DNA of 64,000 bases from Candidatus Methylomirabilia bacterium (lineage in GTDB: Bacteria; Methylomirabilota; Methylomirabilia; Rokubacteriales; CSP1-6): NCBI GenBank assembly GCA_041496385.1, contig JBGQEL010000003.1, positions 1-64,000 on the forward strand, given 5' to 3'. Positions 28,065 through 37,240 of the stretch are shown in pieces (the stretch's first letter is position 1; the number at the start of each line of letters is the position of its first letter). The notes beneath the pieces were generated by a model that did no database searches, had not been told where the DNA came from, and was given only the letters and a program-made list of their open reading frames with translations. Both the position numbers and the translations under genes were made by a program.

Positions 28065-29807
28065 TCAGCCGCCGAAGCGGCGCTGCGCTTCGGCCCGCTT
28101 CTCGGCGATCGGGGCTGGCAGACGCGGCCCGAACTGCGCGTAGAACTCGCCGAGATCGCCGAGCGCCTGGCGCCACTCGGCCGGGTCGCAGCGTAGCGCT
28201 TCGGCGAGCCGCGCGGGGCCGACGTCCAGGCCGCCCGTGTCGAGCGCGCCGGCGGCGGGCACCCAGCCGATCGGCGTCTCCTCGGCGCGCGCGCTCCCGC
28301 GGATGCGCTCGACCATCCACTTGAGCACGCGCATGTTCTCGCCGTAGCCCGGCCAGAGGAACCGGCCGTCGGCGTCGCGCCGGAACCAGTTCACGCGGAA
28401 GATCCGTGGCGGCTTCGCCAGGCGCCGGCCCATCGCGAGCCAGTGACCGAAGTAGTCGGCCATGTTGTACCCGCAGAACGGGATCATCGCCATCGGGTCG
28501 CGACGGACGACGCCGACCTTCCCCGTGATCGCGGCCGTGGTCTCGGTGGACATCGCCGAGCCGAGGAAGACGCCGTGGGTCCAGTCGAAGCCCTCGAAGA
28601 CGAGCGGGATGACCGCCGAGCGGCGCGAGCCGAAGATGAGCCCGGAGATGGGCACGCCCTGCGGCTCCTCCCAGTTCGGCGCGATCGAGGGGCATTGCTC
28701 GCAGAGCACCGTGAAGCGCGAGTTGGGATGGGCGGCCGGCCCGTCGCCGGGCTTCCACGGCTTGCCCTGCCAGTCCGCCAGACCCGCGGGCGGCTCCGGG
28801 GTGAGCCCCTCCCACCAGGGCTCGCCCGACGGCGTCAGCGCGACGTTGGTGAAGATCGTGTTCGAGCGCACCATGGCCGTCGCGTTCGCGTTCGTCTTCG
28901 GGCTCGTGTTGGGCGCGACGCCGAAGAAGCCGCGCTCGGGGTTGATCGCGCGGAGCTGGCCCTGCGCATCCACCCACATCCAGGCGATGTCGTCGCCGAT
29001 CGTCCACGCGCGCCAGCCCGGGAGCTGCGAGACGACCATCGCGAGGTTCGTCTTTCCGGAGGCGCTCGGCATGGCGGCGGCGAGGTACGTCACGCGTCCC
29101 TCGGGGTCCTCGACGCCGATGATCAGCATGTGCTCGGCGAGCCAGCCCTCCTGGCGCGCCTGCCAGGACGCCAGGCGGAGCGCGTGGCACTTCTTGCCGA
29201 GGAGCGCGTTGCCGCCGTAGCCCGAGCCGACGCTCCAGATCTGCCCGTCCTCGGGGAAGTGAAGGATGAGCCGCCGCTCGGGCGAGAGGTCACCCAGCGA
29301 GTGGAGGCCCCCGATGAAATCGTCGTCACGGCGCATGTGCTGGATGGCGACCTGTCCGACGCGCGTCATGATGTGCATGCTCGCCGCGACGTACGCGCTG
29401 TCGGTGACCATCAGGCCGGTGCGGCTCATCGGCGAGCCCGCCGGGCCCATGAGATAGGGAATCGCGTACATCGTGCGGCCGCGCATGCTGCGCCGAAACA
29501 GCGCGCCCGCCTTCTCCCGGGCGTCGGCCGGCGCCATCCAGTTGTTGGTGGGGCCGGCGTCCTCGCGCTCGCGCGTGCAGATGAACGTGAGCTGCTCGGT
29601 GCGCGCGACGTCCTGCGGGTGGCTCCGGTGCAGATAGCAGTTCGGATACGTTCGCGCATTGAGCGGCAGCAGGGTGCCGTCCTGCAGCATCGAGTCGACG
29701 AGCGAGTCGTACTCGGCCTTCGAGCCGTCGCACCAGACGACATCGGACGGCTGGGTGAGCCCGGCGGCCTCGTCGACCCACTTCTCGGCCACGCTGGTCA
29801 CGCTCAT
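28065..29807 (-). CDS. pckG: Phosphoenolpyruvate carboxykinase (GTP)
   Basis: GSGYGGNALLGKKC, WLAEHM, PSASGKTNLAM, IGDDIAW, AHPNSRF, NWFR, WPGYGEN. Confidence 0.95.
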   Translation of the reverse strand: MSVTSVAEKWVDEAAGLTQPSDVVWCDGSKAEYDSLVDSMLQDGTLLPLNARTYPNCYLHRSHPQDVARTEQLTFICTREREDAGPTNNWMAPADAREKAGALFRRSMRGRTMYAIPYLMGPAGSPMSRTGLMVTDSAYVAASMHIMTRVGQVAIQHMRRDDDFIGGLHSLGDLSPERRLILHFPEDGQIWSVGSGYGGNALLGKKCHALRLASWQARQEGWLAEHMLIIGVEDPEGRVTYLAAAMPSASGKTNLAMVVSQLPGWRAWTIGDDIAWMWVDAQGQLRAINPERGFFGVAPNTSPKTNANATAMVRSNTIFTNVALTPSGEPWWEGLTPEPPAGLADWQGKPWKPGDGPAAHPNSRFTVLCEQCPSIAPNWEEPQGVPISGLIFGSRRSAVIPLVFEGFDWTHGVFLGSAMSTETTAAITGKVGVVRRDPMAMIPFCGYNMADYFGHWLAMGRRLAKPPRIFRVNWFRRDADGRFLWPGYGENMRVLKWMVERIRGSARAEETPIGWVPAAGALDTGGLDVGPARLAEALRCDPAEWRQALGDLGEFYAQFGPRLPAPIAEKRAEAQRRFGG

Positions 29808-29885
29808 GAGCGCCCTCTCGTCGTTGGGGTGAGCCGCTCGCGGGTCGCGCCCGCGCGAAACGTCATGGCGATTGTCACCTCTGAG

Positions 29886-29915
29886 ATTCTCGCCGCTCGC
29901 CCGCGGTCGTGTCAA
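29886..29915 (-). promoter_or_regulatory. sigma70-type promoter for pckG
   Basis: TTGACA-N18-GAGAAT on the minus strand. Confidence 0.45.
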
Positions 29916-29967
29916 CGATTTGCCGCCATTTCCGGTAATCACCGGACGGCGTGCTAGCATTCGGCGC

Positions 29968-30711
29968 GTGACCGGCCTGGTGCTCGCCGTGCGCTATCTC
30001 ACGATTATCCCGGTGCGGGGACGCGCGTCGCGCGGCGTGGAGGCGCTGGGCCGCGCGGCGATCTGGTTCCCCGCCGTGGGGCTGGGCATCGGCGCCGTCC
30101 TGGTCGGTGTCGACCGGCTGACGAGCCTGGTGTTTCCGTCGCTCGCCGCCGCGGTGCTCAGCGTGACCGCCTGGAAGACGCTCACGGGTGGCCTCCACCT
30201 CGACGGCCTCGCCGACTGCCTCGACGGCCTCGCGGGGCGGGACGCGGAGCACCGGCTCCGCATCATGCACGACAGCCGGATCGGCGCCTTCGGCGCGGTC
30301 GGGATGGTCCTCTTTCTGCTGCTCGAGGTCGCCGCCGTCGTCGAGCTGCCCGCCGACGTGCGCTGGCGCACGCTGCTCGTCCTGCCAGCGATCGCGCGCG
30401 CGACGCCGACGCTGCTCGCGCGGTCGTTTCCGCCCGCGAAGACCGAGGGCCACGGCGCGGCCTTTCGCGCGGGGCTGCGCGCGGGCGCGGCGCCGCTCGC
30501 GCTCGGGCTCGCGCTGGCGCTCGCCTGGGCGGTGCTCGGCGTCGCCGGCATCGCCGCCGCCGCCGTGGCGATCGTGGCGGCGCTCGCGCTCGCGAGGTTC
30601 ATGGCGGCGCGGCTCTCCGGCATCACCGGCGACGTGCTGGGCGCCGCGGTCGAGATGGCCGAGCTCGCGGGACTCCTCACGGTGTCGGCGTGGGCGCACG
30701 CGAGACCCTGA
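29968..30711 (+). CDS. cobS: Adenosylcobinamide-GDP ribazoletransferase (cobalamin synthase)
   Basis: TGGLHLDGLADCLDG, MHDSRIGAFG, GITGDVLGA; GTG 7 nt after TGcTAGCAT. Confidence 0.93.
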   Translation: MTGLVLAVRYLTIIPVRGRASRGVEALGRAAIWFPAVGLGIGAVLVGVDRLTSLVFPSLAAAVLSVTAWKTLTGGLHLDGLADCLDGLAGRDAEHRLRIMHDSRIGAFGAVGMVLFLLLEVAAVVELPADVRWRTLLVLPAIARATPTLLARSFPPAKTEGHGAAFRAGLRAGAAPLALGLALALAWAVLGVAGIAAAAVAIVAALALARFMAARLSGITGDVLGAAVEMAELAGLLTVSAWAHARP

Positions 30712-31304
30712 TCTACCTGCTCCGTCACGGTGAGGTGGTGCGCGCCGAGACGCGCCGGTTCATCGGCCACCTCGACGTGCCCCTCTCCGAGCGGGGCGAG
30801 GCGCAGAGCCGTGCGCAGGCCGACCGCCTCGCCTCGGTCGCGCTCGCCGCCGTCTTCACGAGCGACCTGTCGCGCGCGCGGCGCACGGGCGAGATCGTCG
30901 GCGCGCCCCACGGGCTGCCGCCCGTCCTCCTGCCCGCCCTGCGCGAGATGGCGATGGGGCGATGGGACGGCCTCACCGCGGACGAGATCCGCGGGCGCGA
31001 GCCGGCCGCGTTCGCCGACTGGATGGCGCGCGTCGGCGAGTTCCCGTTCCCCGGCGGCGAGAGCGTGCCCGACCTCCTGGCGCGGGCCTGGCCGGCGTTC
31101 GAGGCGATCGCCACGGCGCACGAGGGCCGGGCCGTCGCGATCGTCGCGCACGGCGGCATCAACCGCGCGCTGCTCTGCAGCGCGCTCGGTGTCGGGCTGG
31201 GCCGCCTCCTGGCGTTCGGGCAGGAGTACGGCGCGCTGACGGTGCTCGCGCGGCGCGAGACGCGCTGGGAGCTCCGGCGGCTCAACGAGCGCCCGATGCT
31301 ATAA
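30690..31304 (+). CDS. cobC: Histidine phosphatase, probable alpha-ribazole phosphatase
   Basis: LRHGE, SDLSRA, GGES, AHGG; overlaps cobS. Confidence 0.8.
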   Translation: MGARETLIYLLRHGEVVRAETRRFIGHLDVPLSERGEAQSRAQADRLASVALAAVFTSDLSRARRTGEIVGAPHGLPPVLLPALREMAMGRWDGLTADEIRGREPAAFADWMARVGEFPFPGGESVPDLLARAWPAFEAIATAHEGRAVAIVAHGGINRALLCSALGVGLGRLLAFGQEYGALTVLARRETRWELRRLNERPML

Positions 31305-31305
31305 T
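31297..31305 (+). promoter_or_regulatory. Consensus extended -10 promoter for the E1 operon
   Basis: TGcTATAAT overlapping the cobC stop codon. Confidence 0.6.
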
Positions 31306-31359
31306 CCGCGCGCGAAGTTCGCGTCGGCGCGCGGGGACGATTCCAACCGGGGGTGGCGT

Positions 31360-32343
31360 GTGACGGAGACTCCAGGTCCCGAGGCGCTCCTCCAGATGTA
31401 CGCGGGGATGCTGCGCGTGCGGCTGTTCGAGGAGCGCGTGCGCGAGCTCTTCGCCGGCGGCCGCATCCCGGGCTTCCTCCACACCTCCGTGGGCCAGGAG
31501 GCCGCCGCGGTCGGCGTCACGTCCGCGCTCCGGTCCGACGACTACGTCCTCTCCACGCACCGCGGCCACGGCCACCTCGTCGCCAAGGGCGGCTCGCTCC
31601 GCGGCCTCATGGCCGAGCTGTACGGCAAGGCGAACGGAATCTGTCACGGCAAGGGCGGCACGATGCACATCGCCGACGCGTCGGTCGGCTACCTCGGCGC
31701 CAACGGCGTCCTGGCCGCGGGCTGCGTGCTGGCGCCGGGCGTCGGTCTGTCGATCAGGCACCGCAAGTCGGGGCAGGTGGTCGTCACCTTTTTCGGCGAC
31801 GGCGCCGCCAACCGCGGTCCGTTCCACGAGGGCGTGAACATGGCCGCGCTCTGGAAGCTGCCGGTGATCTTCGTCTGCGAAAACAACCGCTGGGCCTCGA
31901 CGACCGCGCAGGCGTCCTCGACGGCGGGCGGCTCGATCGCCGCCCGCGCCGCCGGCTACGGCATCCCCGGCGAGGCGGTGGACGGCAACGACGTGCTCGC
32001 GGTCCACGCCGCGGTGGCGCGCGCCGCCGAGCGCGCGCGGAGCGGCGGCGGGCCGTCGCTGATCGAGGCGCACACGATCCGCTGGGTCGGCCACTTCGAG
32101 GGCGATCCCCAGGCGTACCGCGCGAAGGACGAGGCCGCCGAGGGGCGCCGCACCGATCCGATCGCGCGGCTCGAGCGCCGCCTCCGCGAGCGCGCGCTCC
32201 TCGACGACGCGCAGGCCCGGCGCATCCGCGCGGGCGTCGTGGCCGAGATCGACGACGCGGTCGCGCACGCCGAGGCGAGCCCGCTGCCGCGTCCCGAGGA
32301 CGCGCTGACGGACCTCTTCGCGCACTTTCCATGGCGGGAGTAG
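31360..32343 (+). CDS. TPP-dependent 2-oxoacid/acetoin dehydrogenase E1 alpha
   Basis: GQEA, HRGHGH, GDGA..ENN, DGNDV. Confidence 0.92.
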   Translation: MTETPGPEALLQMYAGMLRVRLFEERVRELFAGGRIPGFLHTSVGQEAAAVGVTSALRSDDYVLSTHRGHGHLVAKGGSLRGLMAELYGKANGICHGKGGTMHIADASVGYLGANGVLAAGCVLAPGVGLSIRHRKSGQVVVTFFGDGAANRGPFHEGVNMAALWKLPVIFVCENNRWASTTAQASSTAGGSIAARAAGYGIPGEAVDGNDVLAVHAAVARAAERARSGGGPSLIEAHTIRWVGHFEGDPQAYRAKDEAAEGRRTDPIARLERRLRERALLDDAQARRIRAGVVAEIDDAVAHAEASPLPRPEDALTDLFAHFPWRE

Positions 32344-32463
32344 GCGTGATCCCGGTGGGGGGTCTGGGGAAGGAGCGGCGATCGCGCCCGCGCTATCCAT
32401 GGCGGGCGTAGACGAGATCCCGGTGGGGGGACTGGGGGAGGAGCGGCGGTCGCTCCCCCCCAG
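32328..32463 (+). repeat. Diverged 68-bp tandem duplication containing a G/C-rich palindrome
   Basis: Units at 32328 and 32396 (tccatggcggg.gtag.cg.gatcccggtgggggg.ctgggg.aggagcggcg.tcgc); unit 2 can fold ctggggg...cccccag. Confidence 0.75.
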
Positions 32464-32474
32464 GACGATATGAA

Positions 32475-33446
32475 ATGCCGGTGATGGACTTCGGCGACGC
32501 GCTGAACCTGGCGCTCCGCGAGGAGATGCGGCGCGACGCGCGCGTCTACTGCATCGGCGAGGACATCGTGCTCGGCGTGCCGTTCGGCGTGACGAAGGGG
32601 CTGATCGAGGAGTTCGGTCCCGATCGGGTCCTGAACGCGCCGATCTCCGAGGCGGCGATCGTCGGCTCGGCGATGGGCGCGGCGATGACGGGGCTGGTCC
32701 CGGTCGTCGACATGCACTTCGCCGACTTCGTCACCTGCGCCATGGACGAGGTCGCCAACCAGATCGCGAAGTCGCGCTACATGTTCGGCGGCCAGGTGGA
32801 CTGCCCCCTCGTGCTCCGCATGCCCTACGGCATCGGCCGCTCGGGCGGCGGCCACCACTCGAACTCGGTCGAGGCCTGGTTCGTCAACATCCCCGGCCTC
32901 AAGGTGTGCATCCCGTCCACCCCGGCGGATGCCCGCGGACTCCTCAAGACCGCGATCCGCGACCCCGACCCCGTGCTGCTCTTCGAGCACCGCGGTCTGT
33001 ATCGCGTGACGGGCGAGGTGCCGGAGGCCGAGACGCTCGTGCCGCTCGGCGCGGCCGACGTGAAGCGCGCCGGACGCGACGTCACGGTCATCGCGACCGC
33101 GCGGATGGTCGGCGAGAGCCTCGAGGCCGCGCGCCGGCTGGCCGAGGAGGGAATCGAGGTCGAGGTGGTGGACCCGCGGAGCCTTGTGCCGCTCGATCGC
33201 GAGACGCTCGCGGCGTCGGTGCGCCGGACGAACCGCGTGGTCATCGCCGAGGAAGGGCCGATGCGCGGGTCCACCGGCGCCTGGCTCGCCTGGGTGCTGA
33301 TGGAGGAATGCTTCGACGATCTCGACGCGCCGATCGTGCGCGTGGCCGGCCCGAACATCCCGATCCCGTTCAGCCCGCCGCTCGAGCGGTTCGCGACCCC
33401 GGACGCCGAGCAGGTCGTCGCCGCGGTCCGTCAGGTGCTCAAATAG
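32475..33446 (+). CDS. 2-oxoacid/acetoin dehydrogenase E1 beta
   Basis: GEDI, APISE, HHS, EVVDPRSLVPLD, LDAPIVRV. Confidence 0.92.
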   Translation: MPVMDFGDALNLALREEMRRDARVYCIGEDIVLGVPFGVTKGLIEEFGPDRVLNAPISEAAIVGSAMGAAMTGLVPVVDMHFADFVTCAMDEVANQIAKSRYMFGGQVDCPLVLRMPYGIGRSGGGHHSNSVEAWFVNIPGLKVCIPSTPADARGLLKTAIRDPDPVLLFEHRGLYRVTGEVPEAETLVPLGAADVKRAGRDVTVIATARMVGESLEAARRLAEEGIEVEVVDPRSLVPLDRETLAASVRRTNRVVIAEEGPMRGSTGAWLAWVLMEECFDDLDAPIVRVAGPNIPIPFSPPLERFATPDAEQVVAAVRQVLK

Positions 33447-33465
33447 TTCGCGAAGGAGCCGACCG

Positions 33466-35082
33466 ATGCCACCACACAGGAACGCCTACCGTCCGGTCGT
33501 CATGGGAACCCGCGGGGTCGTCACCTCGGCCCACCCGCTCGCCTCGATGGCGGGCGTGCAGATCCTGCTCGCGGGCGGCAACGCCGTCGACGCGGCCGTC
33601 GCCGTCGCCTCGGCGCTGAACGTCGTCGAGCCGTTCATGTCGGGCGCCGGCGGGATCGGGCTCATGCTCATCTCCCGCGGCCGCGAGCGGCACGTGCTGG
33701 ACTTCATCGGCCACGCGCCGAGGGCCGCCGACGCGGCGCGGTGCACCGATGACGAGCTGGCGGGCGGGCCGAAGTCGTGCGCGACCCCGGGGAACCTCGG
33801 TGGCTGGCTCGCGGCGCTCGAGCGCTTCGGCTCCATGGACCGCGCGCGGGTGCTGCGGCCGGCGATCGAGCTGGCCGAGCACGGCGTCCCGCTCACGTTC
33901 AAGAACGTGGACTTCTTCGAGGCCGCGCGCGCCACGCTCGGACGCTCGGCGGAGGCGCAGCGCCTCTACCTCGGCAACGGCGGTCCGCGCGCGGGCGCGG
34001 TCGTCACCTACAAGGAGTTGGCGGGGACGCTCCGCCAGGTCGCGGAGGGTGGCGCCGAGGCCTTCTACCGCGGACCGATCGCCAAGGCGATCGTGCGCGC
34101 CGTGCAGGAGGCCCACGGCTGGCTCGACGAGGGCGACCTCGCGGCCTTCAAGCCGGAGTGGCGCGAGCCGGCGAGGATCGGCTACCGCGACTGCGACGTC
34201 TACTCGATGCCGCCGCCGTTCTCGGCCTTCCAGATGCTGGAGACGCTCAACATCCTCGAGGGCTTCGACGTGCGCGCGTGGGGGCACAACTCGGTGGACT
34301 ATCTCCACCACCTGATCGAGGCGATCAAGCTCGGCTCCGCGGACCGGCTGGCGTACGCGTACTCGCCCGGCGTGCCGATCGAGGGGCTGCTCTCGAAGAG
34401 CTACGCGGCCTCGCAGCGCGCGCGCATCGACCCCACGCGCGCGGGCCGGAGCGAGGGCGAGCGCCACACCCGGGTGCGGCTGCCCGACGAGATTCGCGAG
34501 GGCCACCCCGCCAAGTTCCAGGACGAGCACACGACCCATTTCGCCTGCGCCGACGCGTCGGGCACGGTCGTGTCGGTCACGCAGACGCTCGGGGTCCCGT
34601 TCGGCTCGGGCTTCGCGATCCCCGGCACGGGCCTGGTCCTCAACAACATCCTCAAGTGGATGGACCGCGACCCAGACTCGCCGAACGTCGTCCGCCCCGG
34701 GCGCAAGGCCGGAACCATGATGTCGCCGACGCAGGTCTTCCGCGACGGCGCCTTCGCCCTCTCCGTCGGGACGCCCGGCTCGTACGGGATCCTCCAGACG
34801 ACCGCGCAGATGCTGCTGAACGTTCTCGAGTTCGGCATGAACATCCAGGAGGCGATCGAGGCGCCGCGCGCGCGCGTCTACCGCGACCGGCTGGTGGACG
34901 CCGAGGCGCGCATTCCCGTCGAGACCCGCACGGCGCTGGCCGGTCGCGGCCACCAGATGAACACGATCGACGAGTGGTCGTGGATCGTCGGCGGCGGGCA
35001 GGGGATCCTCCGAGATCGCGAGTCGGGCGCCCTCATGGCCGGGGCCGACCCCCGCCGCGACGGCTACGCCCTCGCCGTCTGA
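33466..35082 (+). CDS. ggt: Gamma-glutamyltransferase family Ntn hydrolase (no signal peptide)
   Basis: GGNAVDAA, nucleophile HTTHF, FGSG, GTPG, GADPRRDG. Confidence 0.9.
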   Translation: MPPHRNAYRPVVMGTRGVVTSAHPLASMAGVQILLAGGNAVDAAVAVASALNVVEPFMSGAGGIGLMLISRGRERHVLDFIGHAPRAADAARCTDDELAGGPKSCATPGNLGGWLAALERFGSMDRARVLRPAIELAEHGVPLTFKNVDFFEAARATLGRSAEAQRLYLGNGGPRAGAVVTYKELAGTLRQVAEGGAEAFYRGPIAKAIVRAVQEAHGWLDEGDLAAFKPEWREPARIGYRDCDVYSMPPPFSAFQMLETLNILEGFDVRAWGHNSVDYLHHLIEAIKLGSADRLAYAYSPGVPIEGLLSKSYAASQRARIDPTRAGRSEGERHTRVRLPDEIREGHPAKFQDEHTTHFACADASGTVVSVTQTLGVPFGSGFAIPGTGLVLNNILKWMDRDPDSPNVVRPGRKAGTMMSPTQVFRDGAFALSVGTPGSYGILQTTAQMLLNVLEFGMNIQEAIEAPRARVYRDRLVDAEARIPVETRTALAGRGHQMNTIDEWSWIVGGGQGILRDRESGALMAGADPRRDGYALAV

Positions 35083-35216
35083 CGGATCGCAACGCCCGTC
35101 CCTGGGCGGCGCCTCGCGCAGGACCGGCTGGGTGATTCATTCTCAGCCATGGTCTGTTGTTCACCGGTCGGCTCCGTGAGTGCCTGCTAAATATCTACCG
35201 AATAAAGGGTGTGGCT

Positions 35217-35232
35217 CGGCATCTCGGTTGCA
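35217..35232 (+). promoter_or_regulatory. Predicted sigma54 promoter
   Basis: CGGCATCTCGGTTGCA (GG-N10-GC) after an AT-rich tract at about 35187-35206. Confidence 0.6.
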
Positions 35233-35279
35233 GTCCTCCTGGATAGGGCGCTTGAGGCGACCCTCGAAGGAGGCGGGCG

Positions 35280-36146
35280 ATGGTCCGAGGCTGGACGCTC
35301 TCGATGCTGATCGGTGCGACGCTGGCGTGGGGCGCGGGTCCCGGCGAAGCGGCCGTCCCTCTCGGCGCCGTAGAACGCGGGCCAGCTACCCGCCTCGAGC
35401 GTCCGTCAGAAGTCACCAGTGCCGCCGTGGACGAGCTCCTCGAGCGCTCCGGGCTCCGCGCCCAGCTCGAGGCGCTCGCGGGCGGCATCCGCGCCCAGCT
35501 CGTGACGACGCGCGCGAGACGCGACAGCCGCGACCGCGTAATGATCGACCGGATCGCCGCGCGGCATTTCGACGCCGAGCTGCTCTACGCGCGCATCCGG
35601 CTCCAGTTCGGCCGGGGCGTAGACGGCGCGAAGCTCGACGCCGCGCTCGCCTGGTATCGGTCGCCGCTCGGCGGCCGGATCACGCGGCACGAGGTCGAGG
35701 CGATCACCGCGGAGCGCGCGCTGGTGCCGCTCCCGACCGAGGAGCGGATCGAGCTCGTGCAGCGGCTCGACGAACGTGGTGGCGCCTCCGAGACGGCGCT
35801 CGATATCGCGATGAGCCTGGTGCGGAGCCTCACCCGCGCCGCCGAGCCGTTCCGCCCCGCGCACCTGCGCCTCACGGCCGGTCAGCTCGAGGACCGGATG
35901 GCGCGGACGCGGACCGAAGTGCTGGCGCCGATCCGGATCACGTGCCTGCAGAACATGCTCTTCGCCTACCGCGAGCTGGACGACCAGGAGCTCGCCGAGT
36001 ACGCGCGATTCGTGGAGTCGCCCGCGGGTCAGTGGTACGTGGCGACGATGAACCAGGCCCTGGTGGACGCCACCGCCGTGGCGGCCGAGCTCGCGGCCGT
36101 CGAGCTCCTGCCGCTCGTCCCGCACCTCACCGGCGACACCCGCTGA
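35280..36146 (+). CDS. Exported helical hypothetical protein (DUF2059-like)
   Basis: Signal peptide; WYRSPLGGRI and YRELDDQELAEYARFVESPAGQWY repeats; SD aggagg. Confidence 0.65.
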   Translation: MVRGWTLSMLIGATLAWGAGPGEAAVPLGAVERGPATRLERPSEVTSAAVDELLERSGLRAQLEALAGGIRAQLVTTRARRDSRDRVMIDRIAARHFDAELLYARIRLQFGRGVDGAKLDAALAWYRSPLGGRITRHEVEAITAERALVPLPTEERIELVQRLDERGGASETALDIAMSLVRSLTRAAEPFRPAHLRLTAGQLEDRMARTRTEVLAPIRITCLQNMLFAYRELDDQELAEYARFVESPAGQWYVATMNQALVDATAVAAELAAVELLPLVPHLTGDTR

Positions 36147-36164
36147 CGCGCGCGTCGCGCCGCG

Positions 36165-36839
36165 CTACGGCTTCCTGAAGAGGATCGCGCCGAAGAACGA
36201 TTCCGCGGTGGAGCTCGTGTCGTCCGAGTCGATCGCGATCGAGACGACGCCCGGGTTCTCGGGTTCCTCGCCGTAGATCTTCCGGTAGTCCTCGACGACG
36301 TTGCGGCGCTCCGTGAGCCACTTGCCCAGCTCCGCGGGACCCGAGCGCACGACGATGTAGGTGACCGTGCCGGTCTTCTCGCTCTTCGTGACCAGCCCGG
36401 CGGGGCACGTCGTGTCCCAGACGTAGCCGATGATCCGCGAGCGAACCGCCTGCGGGAAGCGCGGCCACGCCACGTAGAGCTGCGCCGCCTGGTCGTCCGT
36501 CTGCTTGCTCCGGCAGTCGGCGCCCTTCGGGAGCACGACGACCTTCCAGCTCCATTCCAGAACGGGCGTGTCCTTGAGGCTCCACCTGGCCTTCAGCTCC
36601 TTGTTGGCCGTGGAGCTGTCGCCCGCGCTCTTGAGGTGGAGCGCGCGGCGCCCGTCGATCTCGGCCACGCTGAAGTCGAACTTCGGTCTGCCCCACGTCT
36701 GGCCGCCCTTCCAGCCGTCGGGGATACCCTGGGCGCCGAGCGGAAGCTTGGTCCAGTCCTCGACGGGGAGCGTGTCCGCCGCCCACGCAATCACGGCGAG
36801 CAGGAGTGCGAGCGCCGCCATCGCGATGCGGGACCGCAT
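36165..36839 (-). CDS. DUF3047-like exported protein
   Basis: LEWSWKV..LPKGAD..DDQAAQLYV, IGYVW, WLTERRNVVEDY, IDSDDT. Confidence 0.8.
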   Translation of the reverse strand: MRSRIAMAALALLLAVIAWAADTLPVEDWTKLPLGAQGIPDGWKGGQTWGRPKFDFSVAEIDGRRALHLKSAGDSSTANKELKARWSLKDTPVLEWSWKVVVLPKGADCRSKQTDDQAAQLYVAWPRFPQAVRSRIIGYVWDTTCPAGLVTKSEKTGTVTYIVVRSGPAELGKWLTERRNVVEDYRKIYGEEPENPGVVSIAIDSDDTSSTAESFFGAILFRKP

Positions 36840-36862
36840 GCTCGCTATGATACCTTCGTGCC
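36840..36862. promoter_or_regulatory. Overlapping bidirectional -10 elements driving two leaderless genes
   Basis: Minus TATCAT (36852-36847) 7 nt before ATG 36839; plus TGaTACCTT (36848-36856) 6 nt before GTG 36863. Confidence 0.65.
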
Positions 36863-37240
36863 GTGCCGGAGACGCCCGATTCGCTGCGCCTGGACAAGTG
36901 GCTCTGGGCGGCGCGCTTCTTCAAGACGCGGAGCCTGGCGTCTGCCGCGTGCGCGGGCGGGAAGGTGGACGTGAACGACGAGGCGGCGAAGCCGGCGAAG
37001 GCCGTGCGGGTGGGCGATCGCCTCGAGCTCACGCTGCCGCGTGACCGGCGCATCGTGAAGGTGCTGTCGCTCTCCGACAGGCGCGGGCCGGCGCCCGTTG
37101 CGCGCGCGCTCTACGATGACCTGACGCCGCCGGCGCCGCCGCGGCTGCGCCAGGCGCCGCCGCCGTATCGTGCGCCCGGCGCCGGGCGTCCGACCAAGCG
37201 CGAGCGCCGCGAGATCGAGCGCCTGAGAGGATTCAGATGA
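36863..37240 (+). CDS. hslR: S4-domain RNA-binding protein, Hsp15 family
   Basis: RLDKWLWAARFFKTRSLA, GRPTKRERR. Confidence 0.92.
   Translation: MPETPDSLRLDKWLWAARFFKTRSLASAACAGGKVDVNDEAAKPAKAVRVGDRLELTLPRDRRIVKVLSLSDRRGPAPVARALYDDLTPPAPPRLRQAPPPYRAPGAGRPTKRERREIERLRGFR

Noticed and set aside
31360..33446. Naming the E1 pair pdhAB or acoAB
   Set aside because: No E2/E3 context, and substrate cannot be told from motifs
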